This document shows positions 34,445 to 42,031 of a stretch of 64,000 nucleotides of DNA, one piece after another; within the stretch, counting starts at the first letter, position 1; each line of letters opens with the position of its first letter. Position numbers and translations under genes: made by a program. Below the pieces are notes generated by a model. It did not search any database, was not told the origin of the DNA, and saw nothing but the letters and a program-made list of their open reading frames with translations. Origin of the DNA: Desulfobacterales bacterium (GTDB lineage: Bacteria > Desulfobacterota > Desulfobacteria > Desulfobacterales > G963662235). The stretch is taken from the NCBI GenBank assembly GCA_963662235.1, contig OY759308.1, positions 2,043,545-2,107,544 on the forward strand. Reading direction: 5' to 3'.

Positions 34445-34734
34445 TAGGGGCGGGGTTGCCCCGCCATTTCAATATTCTGCCATTTCCGTATAATTTGTTT
34501 TTTTATTGGGCACGGCACGCCGTGCCCCTACCTTGTTCACCATTTCAATATAATTTTCTTACCATTTTGATATAAATTGTTTTACCGTTGGGCTACACGC
34601 ATTTCCTGATGATAATTCCATATTGATTTGATTAAATACCATAAAGATACAAAATCTTGTAGAGACAGGTCGCGACCTGTCTCTACGGGAAAATATAATT
34701 TTCAACACAAGGGCGGGTTTGGTCTAGTCCCTAC
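34445..34734. repeat. Cluster of GC-rich hairpins / palindromes with GTAGGGG / CCCCTAC-type flanks in an AT-rich spacer
   Basis: Hairpins at 34449-34465 (7 bp) and 34508-34527 (GGGCACGG-CACG-CCGTGCCC); a perfect 28-nt palindrome GTAGAGACAGGTCGCGACCTGTCTCTAC at 34669-34696; a weaker GGGCGGG...GTCCCTAC at 34711-34734. The motif ccatttcaatat recurs after hairpins 1 and 2. Confidence 0.8.
34447..34467 (+). terminator. Candidate intrinsic terminator of glyQS (GC hairpin 1)
   Basis: GGCGGGG-TTG-CCCCGCC (34449-34465) lies 20 nt after the glyS stop, but the following tract (atttcaatatt) is only weakly U-rich. Confidence 0.4.
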
Positions 34735-34747
34735 GGTTATGATTGCG

Positions 34748-34765
34748 AGATCTTTGCACATAATG
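34748..34765 (+). mobile_element. Solo terminus (copy H) of the repeat family
   Basis: agatctttgcacataatg, 49 nt upstream of the DUF4143 ATPase start. This is the only copy whose inner side faces the adjacent gene. Confidence 0.55.
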
Positions 34766-34814
34766 TTATTGTTTTAGCCTTGCAAATTTAATTTAAGATG
34801 TTAAATATGCAAGG

Positions 34815-35987
34815 ATGTATAAACGGACACTCAAACATAAAATCATCGAAAAACTAAAGCAGAACCCTGCTGTTGCAATTCTTGGACCTCGTCAGGTTGG
34901 CAAAACCACCCTCGCTTTAGAAATTGGTAAAAATATACCTTCTGTATATCTTGACCTTGAAAATTTGGAAGATTTGCAAAAACTGCAAGACCCTACACAC
35001 TATCTTGAACTCCATTCAGATAAACTTGTTATTTTAGACGAAATTCAGCGTTACCCTAATTTATTTATGTCTTTGCGTGGAGTTATCGATGCAAGAAGAA
35101 GAGAAGGCAGGGGCAACGGAAAATTTCTTGTGCTTGGCTCTGCTTCAAACGACCTTTTAAAACAAAGCTCTGAAAGCCTTGCAGGACGTATAAGCTATTT
35201 AGAACTTAGCGGACTTAAGCCTTATGAAATTAAAAGCAAAAACCATAAAGATATTGTTAAGCTTTGGATACGAGGAGGATTTCCCAACAGTTACCTTGCA
35301 TCTAATGATTTAATAAGTGATGAGTGGCGTAAAGATTTTATTAAAACATATTTAGAAAGAGATATACAAGCACTTGGCTCCAGAATCCCTGCTACAACGC
35401 TTATGAGATTTTGGACAATGCTGGCACACTCTCAAGGAGAGCTGTTTAATGCTTCAAAACTTGCAAGCTCCCTTGGAGTAGAAAGTGTTACAGTGAGTCG
35501 TTATTCAGATTTAATGGCAGACCTTTTGCTCGTTAGAAGATTAGAGCCTTGGTTTGGTAATATTAAAAAAAGATTAGTAAAATCTCCAAGAGTTTACATA
35601 AGAGACAGTGGAATTGTTCATACACTCCTTCAAATACCAAACTATGAAAAATTATTGGGTCATCCCATACTTGGGAAAAGCTGGGAAGGGTTTATAATTG
35701 AAAAAATTATCTCGAGCCTCCCTTCTGGTATAAATCCGTTTTTTTATAGAACTTCAGCAGGAGCAGAAATAGACTTAGTATTAGAGCTTGGACTGAATAA
35801 TTATTGGGCAATCGAAATTAAGCATAGCAAAACACCCTCTCTTCAAAAAGGCTTTCATATCGCTTGTGAAGATTTAAAGGTAAAACGCAAATTTGTTATT
35901 TATACAGGGGAAGAAGGTTTTTCGATTGGAAACAAAACAACTGCAACATCTCTTTTGCTTTTTTTAAAAGAGCTGAAAAATATTTAA
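34815..35987 (+). CDS. AAA+ ATPase (AAA_14 + DUF4143 architecture)
   Basis: 390 aa; Walker A GPRQVGKTT, Walker B VILDEIQ; the C-terminal half resembles a DUF4143 / restriction-endonuclease-like fold. Confidence 0.75.
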   Translation: MYKRTLKHKIIEKLKQNPAVAILGPRQVGKTTLALEIGKNIPSVYLDLENLEDLQKLQDPTHYLELHSDKLVILDEIQRYPNLFMSLRGVIDARRREGRGNGKFLVLGSASNDLLKQSSESLAGRISYLELSGLKPYEIKSKNHKDIVKLWIRGGFPNSYLASNDLISDEWRKDFIKTYLERDIQALGSRIPATTLMRFWTMLAHSQGELFNASKLASSLGVESVTVSRYSDLMADLLLVRRLEPWFGNIKKRLVKSPRVYIRDSGIVHTLLQIPNYEKLLGHPILGKSWEGFIIEKIISSLPSGINPFFYRTSAGAEIDLVLELGLNNYWAIEIKHSKTPSLQKGFHIACEDLKVKRKFVIYTGEEGFSIGNKTTATSLLLFLKELKNI

Positions 35988-36009
35988 TCACTCTAAAAAA
36001 AGAACTTAT

Positions 36010-36453
36010 CTATTTAAAAAAATTACAATCTTTTTTGTTTCTTTCAAAACGTGGTCTTTTGAAAAGATTATTTTCTATAAAGTTCAATCTTTCTTGTTTA
36101 TCCATCTTTTCAAGAGAATTTATGATTGCAGTATGAAACTTTTTTTGCCCCTTATCTTTCTCTTCGATAAGTTTATCAAACTTCTTTTCAACCAAATCTC
36201 TATCAAACGGCTCTTTTTTAAGTGCATCAGAAAGCTCTTTTCTTATCTCTCTTATAGCTTTTAAATGACTTTTAATTTCCGTATAGGAAGGCTTTGATAC
36301 AATAGACGAACAAGAAGACATTTTAAGTAAAGGGGGGGGAGGTGGTGGCATTATCCTATCGGGTTTTTTAGAAATAATTTGCACAAAAAAACCGATAAAA
36401 AACATATTTATAGAAACAGAAACAAACAATAGTACTTTAACTATATTTTTCAT
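36010..36453 (-). CDS. Periplasmic Spy/CpxP-like (heavy-metal-sensor type) protein with a poly-proline tract
   Basis: N-terminal TM/signal, MPPPPPPLL, helical Lys/Glu-rich body; third gene of the ECF sigma operon. Confidence 0.4.
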   Translation of the reverse strand: MKNIVKVLLFVSVSINMFFIGFFVQIISKKPDRIMPPPPPPLLKMSSCSSIVSKPSYTEIKSHLKAIREIRKELSDALKKEPFDRDLVEKKFDKLIEEKDKGQKKFHTAIINSLEKMDKQERLNFIENNLFKRPRFERNKKDCNFFK

Positions 36454-36459
36454 ATATAA

Positions 36460-36765
36460 CTATTCCCAAAACAGATAACTTATTTCAATTTTGTCGTTAA
36501 TTTCATTATAAGAAGAAGCATTTTGATTAAAGTAGCTCACTAAGAAACCACAAGTCGCAATAATTACAAAACAACAAGTTTGCAAAGCAACAACTTTAAA
36601 AGCATTAATATTAAAATCAAAAAAAGAAGTCAGTCTATTGATAAAACTTACTTTTTGCTTTCTATTTTTAGTCTCGTTTAAAATTGAGTTTAAAAGCTTA
36701 TCGCTTTTTATATTCTTAACTTTAACTGAATCTAAAATTTTATTTATATCGTCTAATCTTTCCAC
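36460..36765 (-). CDS. Putative anti-sigma factor (single TM)
   Basis: 101 aa; one TM (VVALQTCCFVIIATCGFLV); immediately downstream of the ECF sigma gene. Assigned by position only. Confidence 0.4.
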   Translation of the reverse strand: MERLDDINKILDSVKVKNIKSDKLLNSILNETKNRKQKVSFINRLTSFFDFNINAFKVVALQTCCFVIIATCGFLVSYFNQNASSYNEINDKIEISYLFWE

Positions 36766-36783
36766 TTCTCTTAAACCTTAAAA

Positions 36784-37317
36784 TTAAATACCATATTTTT
36801 TAAAACTCTTTTTAAGTTTTGTCTTAGCCCTAAATAGTAACGACTCAACAGCTTTTTCTTTTTTATTTAAAATTTTTGCTATCTCTTTGATTTTAAAATT
36901 TTCATAGTAAAAAAGTATTATAGCTGTTTTCTGAACTTCTTTAAGTGCCGTTATCTCTTGTTGAACAATCTTTGCCTCTTCTTTTTTAAAAAAATTATCA
37001 TCACTATATTGAGTCTCATCAATAATATCTATATCAACATCTAAAAAAGATTCTCTTTTTTTTCTTAAGTAATCTATACATTTATTTCTCAAAATTCTAT
37101 AAAACCAAGTTTTAAAACTCGCTTTTTTTTCATCCCATAATTGTGCCTTTTCCCAAACTTTCAAAAAAGAATCTTGGACGACTTCTTCTGCAATAGCTCG
37201 ATTATTTATAAGTCTTAAAGCTATTCTTGAGGAAATTTCTAAATATTTTTCTACAATAAGTTTAAAGGCGGAATGATTACCATTCTGAACACTTATCATC
37301 ATTTGTTCATCTGTCAT
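36784..37317 (-). CDS. ECF-type RNA polymerase sigma-70 factor
   Basis: 177 aa; region 2 (FKTWFYRILRNKCIDYLRKKR) and region 4 HTH (IKEIAKILNKKEKAVESLLFRAKTKLK). Confidence 0.85.
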   Translation of the reverse strand: MTDEQMMISVQNGNHSAFKLIVEKYLEISSRIALRLINNRAIAEEVVQDSFLKVWEKAQLWDEKKASFKTWFYRILRNKCIDYLRKKRESFLDVDIDIIDETQYSDDNFFKKEEAKIVQQEITALKEVQKTAIILFYYENFKIKEIAKILNKKEKAVESLLFRAKTKLKKSFKKYGI

Positions 37318-37443
37318 TATGTAGCCTTAAAACCTTGGAACTAAACTTTTTTTGATAGATAGAAGAAACCTATTATTATAAAGAGCCCTATTGTTTTTCT
37401 CTAAAATATATACAGATGATTATGACACTATCAGACATAATCA

Positions 37444-37636
37444 AGACCTTTGCACATAATATTTTTATGGAAAAATAATGTTTTTGAAAAAATATTAACT
37501 TTTGATATTTTTTTACCAAAACTTCTAAAACCCCTATAAAGACTTACGCTCTCTTTTGCTTTTATTTTGGGTTCGACGTATAAAAATACTACTTCACCAC
37601 AAAATAAAAACAAAATAGAGCTATGTGCAAAGGTCT
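37444..37636 (+). mobile_element. Archetypal long-form copy (I, 193 bp) of the repeat family with a perfect 8-bp flanking duplication
   Basis: Termini AGACCTTTGCACATA / TATGTGCAAAGGTCT (15/15 complementary). Flanked by CATAATCA at 37436-37443 and again at 37637-37644. Confidence 0.92.
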
Positions 37637-37672
37637 CATAATCATCTGCTATATTTAAATAAAGTGCAAAAA

Positions 37673-38104
37673 TTACCTTTTACTAAACCTTGGGCAATCT
37701 TTCACGCGTGGACAATCTGGAGCATTTCTATAGTAACCTACATCTTCAAACTCTTGTAAGGTAACTTTGCCGTCTTTATTTTTGTCCATTCTTGAAAATC
37801 TATTCGCTTTTCTCTTCGTTCTATGAGCTTCAAAAAACTCTTCTTGTGTTATAACCCCATCTTTATTTTGGTCTGCAAGATTAAAAAAATCGTCATGAAA
37901 TTTTTGGAACTCATCTTTTGAGATTTTCCCATCACTATTTGCATCAATATCAGCAAATAGATTACCTTTGACTTGCATATTCCTCCCTCTATCAGGAGGA
38001 GGGTTATCCATTCCCCTGCCTTGTCCTCTATTGCCATAAGCAAACGTAACAGCTACCGATAAAAAAATAAATAATAGTGTCGTAACAAAAACTTTTTTCT
38101 TCAT
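37673..38104 (-). CDS. Secreted EF-hand calcium-binding protein (three canonical loops)
   Basis: Signal peptide; loops DANSDGKISKDE, DQNKDGVITQEE, DKNKDGKVTLQE. Confidence 0.8.
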   Translation of the reverse strand: MKKKVFVTTLLFIFLSVAVTFAYGNRGQGRGMDNPPPDRGRNMQVKGNLFADIDANSDGKISKDEFQKFHDDFFNLADQNKDGVITQEEFFEAHRTKRKANRFSRMDKNKDGKVTLQEFEDVGYYRNAPDCPRVKDCPRFSKR

Positions 38105-38358
38105 TATCTTTAAAACTCCTTTAAATTTTTTTATTTAAGAATATCGGGTTTCCATAAATAAGTTTAACAAAAAACTTTATATTAATAGTTCTGATAAAAA
38201 TTTAAAAAAACAAAACCATATATAAAGTTTTGATAGGTTATACGTAAAGAAGAAAAAAATCCTTCTTTTTTTTAGAAAAAAATTTTTAATTGTTTGAAAG
38301 CAAGGTTAAATTGCAACAATTAAGATGTTAAAAAAATTATTGAAAGCACTTAACTCAA

Positions 38359-38381
38359 TATGTATAGTGCAATTATACATA
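38359..38381 (+). promoter_or_regulatory. Inverted repeat (candidate operator/promoter) upstream of the antitoxin gene
   Basis: TATGTATA-gtgcaat-TATACATA, 20 nt upstream of the ATG; followed by the SD-like AAGGGGGGG. Confidence 0.45.
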
Positions 38382-38400
38382 AAAAAAAGGGGGGGCGTAT

Positions 38401-38643
38401 ATGAAAGCAACTATTGTTGATTTAAGATATAAAATGAATGATGTACTTAAAGCTTTAGATAGAAATGAACAAGTAACCGTTTTTTATCGGGGAAAAGCTA
38501 AAGGAACTTTAATTCCATTAGGGAAAAAATCCCAATTAAAAATTTCCGAACATCCTTTTTTTGGTATGTCGTTAAGTAGCAATGAAAAAACCGTACAGGA
38601 TGTGATGGACGATTTAAGGAGCTCAAGATACGATGATATTTGA
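38401..38643 (+). CDS. Type II antitoxin (Phd/YefM-like)
   Basis: 80 aa; MKATIVDLRYKMNDVLKALDRNEQVTVFYRGKAKGTLIP; overlaps the downstream PIN gene by 11 nt. Confidence 0.7.
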   Translation: MKATIVDLRYKMNDVLKALDRNEQVTVFYRGKAKGTLIPLGKKSQLKISEHPFFGMSLSSNEKTVQDVMDDLRSSRYDDI

Positions 38644-39010
38644 TACAGATATTTTCATATGGGCACAAAAGGGTAATGAAAAAGCTGCAAAAATGCTGGA
38701 AAGCGATGATGAAAGATTCCTTTCCGTTCAAACATATATGGAACTTTTGCAATGTGCTAAAAATAAACTCCAACATAAATATATAAAAGATTTTATATCT
38801 TCTTTTGGCTTTACTGTCTTGCCACTAACAGAAAATATCGGTCATCGTGCATCAATTTATGTTGAAGAATACACTCTATCTTCAAATCTTAGAGCTGGCG
38901 ATGCAATAATCGCAGCCACCACTGTTGAAAACAGTTTAACCCTTGCTTCAAGCAATACAAAGCATTTTAAGGCTATTAAAGAGCTTCGATTAAAAACCTT
39001 CAAACCATAA
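38633..39010 (+). CDS. PIN-domain toxin (VapC-like)
   Basis: 125 aa; MIFDTDIFIW (N-terminal acidic residues), ..YMELLQ.., RAGDAIIAATT, SSNTKHF. Confidence 0.8.
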   Translation: MIFDTDIFIWAQKGNEKAAKMLESDDERFLSVQTYMELLQCAKNKLQHKYIKDFISSFGFTVLPLTENIGHRASIYVEEYTLSSNLRAGDAIIAATTVENSLTLASSNTKHFKAIKELRLKTFKP

Positions 39011-39025
39011 ACTGGAATTTTAAAT

Positions 39026-40318
39026 TTAAGAAGACTTAAGCTTTTTAATTTTATTCATATTTCTTACAGCACACATTTTTCCGCACATAGAACAAGTATC
39101 CTCAAGCTCAGGCTTTGAACTTTTGCGATACTCTTTGGCTTTTTTAGGATCTATAGCGAGCTTCATCATTGTTTTCCAATCTAAATTACCTCTCGCTTTT
39201 GACATATCGTTATCCCATTTTCTTTCGTTAGGATACTTAACAATATCGCCAGAGTGTGCTGCTATTCTGGTCGCAATAATACCTTCTTTTACATCATTAA
39301 GAGAAGGCAATCTTAAATGTTCCGCAGGTGTTACATAACATAAAAAATCGGCACCACTTGCAGATGCAATTGCTCCACCTATAGCACTTGTTATATGGTC
39401 ATAACCTGGAGCAATATCTGTAACTATAGGGCCTAAAACATAAAAAGGAGCACCGAGACAAAGTTTTTTTTGTAAGATAACGTTAGCCTTAATTTCATCA
39501 AGAGCCATATGACCAGGTCCTTCTATCATAACTTGAACATCTTTTTCCCAAGCTCTTTTTGTAAGCTCTGATAAAACTATTGTTTCTTGTACTTGAGCTA
39601 AATCTGTAGAATCGGCTATACTACCCGGTCTACATCCATCTCCCAAACTTAACGTAACATCATACTCTCTACAAAGTTTAAGAAGTTCATCATAATGCTC
39701 ATAAAAAGGGTTTTCTGCATTATTGTGTTCCATCCAAGAATATAAAAGAGAACCACCTCTTGAAACTATACTCGTTAGTCTATCACTATCTTTTATTCTT
39801 TTAACAGTTTGCTTGTTTAAACCTGCATGTATAGTTAAAAAATCTACTCCATCTTTTATATGAACTTTTACTACATCAAAAAACTCTTTTGCAGTAATAT
39901 CTTTTAATTTTCTATCATAAAAACCGACTGCATCATATATCGGTACTGTACCAATCATAACGGATGAAATATCGACAAGTTTTCTTCTAAACTCTCTTGT
40001 TTTACCAAAACAACTTAAGTCCATTATAGCGTCTGCTTTTAAGTCTATAGAGTGCTTAACTTTTTCAATCTCTTTATCAAGGTCTTTACAATCTTCTGAT
40101 ATACCTAAATTGACATTCACTTTTGTCGTCATTTTTTTGCCAATAGCTTTTGCTTTAAGGCTCTTATGGTTTTTATTGGCAGGAATTATAACTTGCCCCT
40201 CTGCAATAAGGCTTATAAGTTCTTTTTTAGTGATATTTTCGCTCTTTACTACATTTTCCATCTCTTTTGTGAAAACACCTTTTCTAGCCGCTTCCATTTG
40301 TGTTTTGTATTGTGTCAT
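39026..40318 (-). CDS. thiC: Phosphomethylpyrimidine synthase ThiC
   Basis: 430 aa; ...[21 protein letters not shown]..., C-terminal [12 protein letters not shown] Fe-S motif. Confidence 0.95.
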   Translation of the reverse strand: MTQYKTQMEAARKGVFTKEMENVVKSENITKKELISLIAEGQVIIPANKNHKSLKAKAIGKKMTTKVNVNLGISEDCKDLDKEIEKVKHSIDLKADAIMDLSCFGKTREFRRKLVDISSVMIGTVPIYDAVGFYDRKLKDITAKEFFDVVKVHIKDGVDFLTIHAGLNKQTVKRIKDSDRLTSIVSRGGSLLYSWMEHNNAENPFYEHYDELLKLCREYDVTLSLGDGCRPGSIADSTDLAQVQETIVLSELTKRAWEKDVQVMIEGPGHMALDEIKANVILQKKLCLGAPFYVLGPIVTDIAPGYDHITSAIGGAIASASGADFLCYVTPAEHLRLPSLNDVKEGIIATRIAAHSGDIVKYPNERKWDNDMSKARGNLDWKTMMKLAIDPKKAKEYRKSSKPELEDTCSMCGKMCAVRNMNKIKKLKSS

Positions 40319-40327
40319 TTTAATATT

Positions 40328-41230
40328 TTATCCTATGGTCATCTTATGAAAAGCCTTATCTAAAGAGACTTCATCATAAAATATCTCTTCAAAATCGACT
40401 TCGTTTTTTATTTTTTCTACTATTTCGGAAGCACTGCTTTCTACTTCAAAAATATACCTTTTAAACGCTTCTTTGGGTGCAACGCTTAAAAAAGTTAAAC
40501 TTACCCCAATTAAGTTTTCTAATTTTTCCTTATCTTCTTCTTTAATTGTTATAATAAGCCTCTTTGTTTCATCGTACTTTTGCATATCTTTCAAACTTCC
40601 ATCAAGAAGCTTTTTGCCGTTTGATATAACAAAAACTCTATTACAAATAACTTTTACCTCTTCTAACAGATGGGTAGAAATTATTATCGCCTTATCTTTG
40701 CTTAACTCTTTTATAAGTTTTCTAAGTTCATTTCTTTGATTCGGATCTAAACCATCAGTAGGTTCATCAAGAAGAAGAATAGGAGGGTTGTGTATAATTG
40801 CTGCAGCAAAACTAACTCTACTTTTGTAACCTTTTGAAAGCGATTCAATGAGTTTATTTTGAGCTATCTCAAGACCAGCTAACTTAATAACTTTTTTAAC
40901 CTCTGTTTGAATATCTTTTAACTTATGTACTTCTGCTATGAAATTAAGATACTCTATTGTTGTCATATCTTGATAAAGTGGTGTCTCTTCAGGCATATAG
41001 CCAATCTTCTTTTTTAACTCTATATCGTCTGAATTAAACTTTTTTTCGTCTATAAAAATTTCGCCTTTATCTGGTTTTAAAAAACCAGCTATGCTTTTTA
41101 CTGTAGTAGTTTTGCCTGCACCGTTAGGACCTAAAAAACCTAATATATCGCCCTTTTGAACAGAAAAACTAATAGAGTCGACAGCTTTTACTTTACCAAA
41201 ATTTTTAGATAAATTCTCTACTCTTATCAT
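40328..41230 (-). CDS. ABC transporter ATP-binding protein (ABC-2/GldA-like); no adjacent permease
   Basis: Walker A GPNGAGKTTT, signature LSKGYKSRV, Walker B LLLDEPTDGLD. Confidence 0.85.
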   Translation of the reverse strand: MIRVENLSKNFGKVKAVDSISFSVQKGDILGFLGPNGAGKTTTVKSIAGFLKPDKGEIFIDEKKFNSDDIELKKKIGYMPEETPLYQDMTTIEYLNFIAEVHKLKDIQTEVKKVIKLAGLEIAQNKLIESLSKGYKSRVSFAAAIIHNPPILLLDEPTDGLDPNQRNELRKLIKELSKDKAIIISTHLLEEVKVICNRVFVISNGKKLLDGSLKDMQKYDETKRLIITIKEEDKEKLENLIGVSLTFLSVAPKEAFKRYIFEVESSASEIVEKIKNEVDFEEIFYDEVSLDKAFHKMTIG

Positions 41231-41283
41231 TTTTTTTCGCTCTATTTTTTAACAAACCGTAAACCATTTAAACGGTCTTTTCT

Positions 41284-41309
41284 CCCCCCTTCAAAGGGGG
41301 GCTGGGGGG
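41284..41309 (+). repeat. C6-loop-G6 hairpin plus G6 run (GC-element copy a)
   Basis: cccccc-ttcaaa-gggggg-ct-gggggg. Confidence 0.8.
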
Positions 41310-41322
41310 TAAAACTCTTTTG

Positions 41323-41442
41323 AGAGCTTTGCATATAATGTTTTTTTTTATGAAAAAAAATAGTAGTTTTTAATAAAATATCAATTTTTGATAATTTTAT
41401 AAAAGATTTAAAAAAACCCTATAAAGACTGAAGCTCTCTCTT
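41323..41442 (+). mobile_element. Left part of a long-form copy (J) of the repeat family, interrupted near the DUF559 gene 3' end
   Basis: agagctttgcatataatg..., shared core ...ccctataaagactgaagctctctctttc aligns with copy I as far as ~41440 and then diverges. Confidence 0.65.
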
Positions 41443-41443
41443 T

Positions 41444-41845
41444 CTATGTTGTTAATCTTTTAACAACATCTAATAAGTTACAATAAACACCTTCTAAATT
41501 ATTCATTACTTCACTATTCATATAACGAACTATTGTTAAACCATAATTTTCTAAATCTTTAGTTCGTTTTTGTTCATATTTTTCTAGCAAAGAATGTGAA
41601 TCGCCATCTAATTCAATAACTAAACCTAAACTGGCACAATAAAAATCTACAATATAATCTAATAATGGTTTTTGTCGTATAAATTTTAATCCTTTAAATT
41701 GCCTATTCCTTAAACATTCTAACCACAACTTATTTTCAACAGGGTTAGCTGATTTTCGGTTTTCTTGTGCTCTTTTAATTAAATCTTTACGATAAGGAAT
41801 AGCATTATGCGAATGCCGATGGTATAAAGATTTTTCTTTTTGCAT
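41444..41845 (-). CDS. DUF559 (Vsr-like endonuclease fold) domain protein
   Basis: 133 aa; ENKLWLECLRNRQFKGLKFIRQKPLLDYIVDFYCASLGLVIELDGDSH...RTKDLENYGLTIVRY matches the DUF559 pattern. Confidence 0.75.
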   Translation of the reverse strand: MQKEKSLYHRHSHNAIPYRKDLIKRAQENRKSANPVENKLWLECLRNRQFKGLKFIRQKPLLDYIVDFYCASLGLVIELDGDSHSLLEKYEQKRTKDLENYGLTIVRYMNSEVMNNLEGVYCNLLDVVKRLTT

Positions 41846-41894
41846 TTGTTATAAATTTTATTAATTTATAATTTTAAAATCTTTTAATTCTATT

Positions 41895-41936
41895 TTCGCC
41901 TTCGGCGAACCCCCTTAATCCCCCTTAAAAGGGGGA
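41895..41936 (-). repeat. GC-element copy b (small TTCGCC hairpin + C5 run + C5-loop-G5 hairpin), inverted relative to copy a
   Basis: ttcgccttcggcgaacccccttaatcccccttaaaaggggga. Its reverse complement is near-identical to 58083-58126. Confidence 0.85.
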
Positions 41937-42009
41937 GATAAGATAAAAAATCCACCCATTAAAAATGGCAAATTAAGATACAAACTATCAAATAAAAATA
42001 TTTTAAAAA

Positions 42010-42028
42010 CTTATGTGCAAAAACTCTT
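42010..42028 (+). mobile_element. Right-terminus-like motif of the repeat family
   Basis: cttatgtgcaaaaactct resembles the right terminus ctatgtgcaaaggtct and may pair with the left terminus at 41323. Confidence 0.4.
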
Positions 42029-42031
42029 AGT

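Noticed and set aside
37431-37613. 60-aa track ORF on the minus strand
   Set aside because: It lies within repeat copy I. See 14137..14319: the frame is not conserved between copies.
34786-38345. Shared 13-mer ttaagatgttaaa upstream of both the DUF4143 ATPase (about 34795) and the TA pair (about 38330)
   Set aside because: It is only marginally unexpected for an AT-rich 64-kb window, and the surrounding similarity is weak. That is not enough to call a shared element.
40319-41322. TPP (THI-box) riboswitch expected upstream of thiC
   Set aside because: thiC starts 9 nt after the ABC ATPase gene. Neither that gap nor the region upstream of the ATPase (41231-41322) contains the CUGAGA / ACCUGAUCUGGAUAAUGCCAGCG-type core. 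A covariance-model scan (Rfam RF00059) would settle this.
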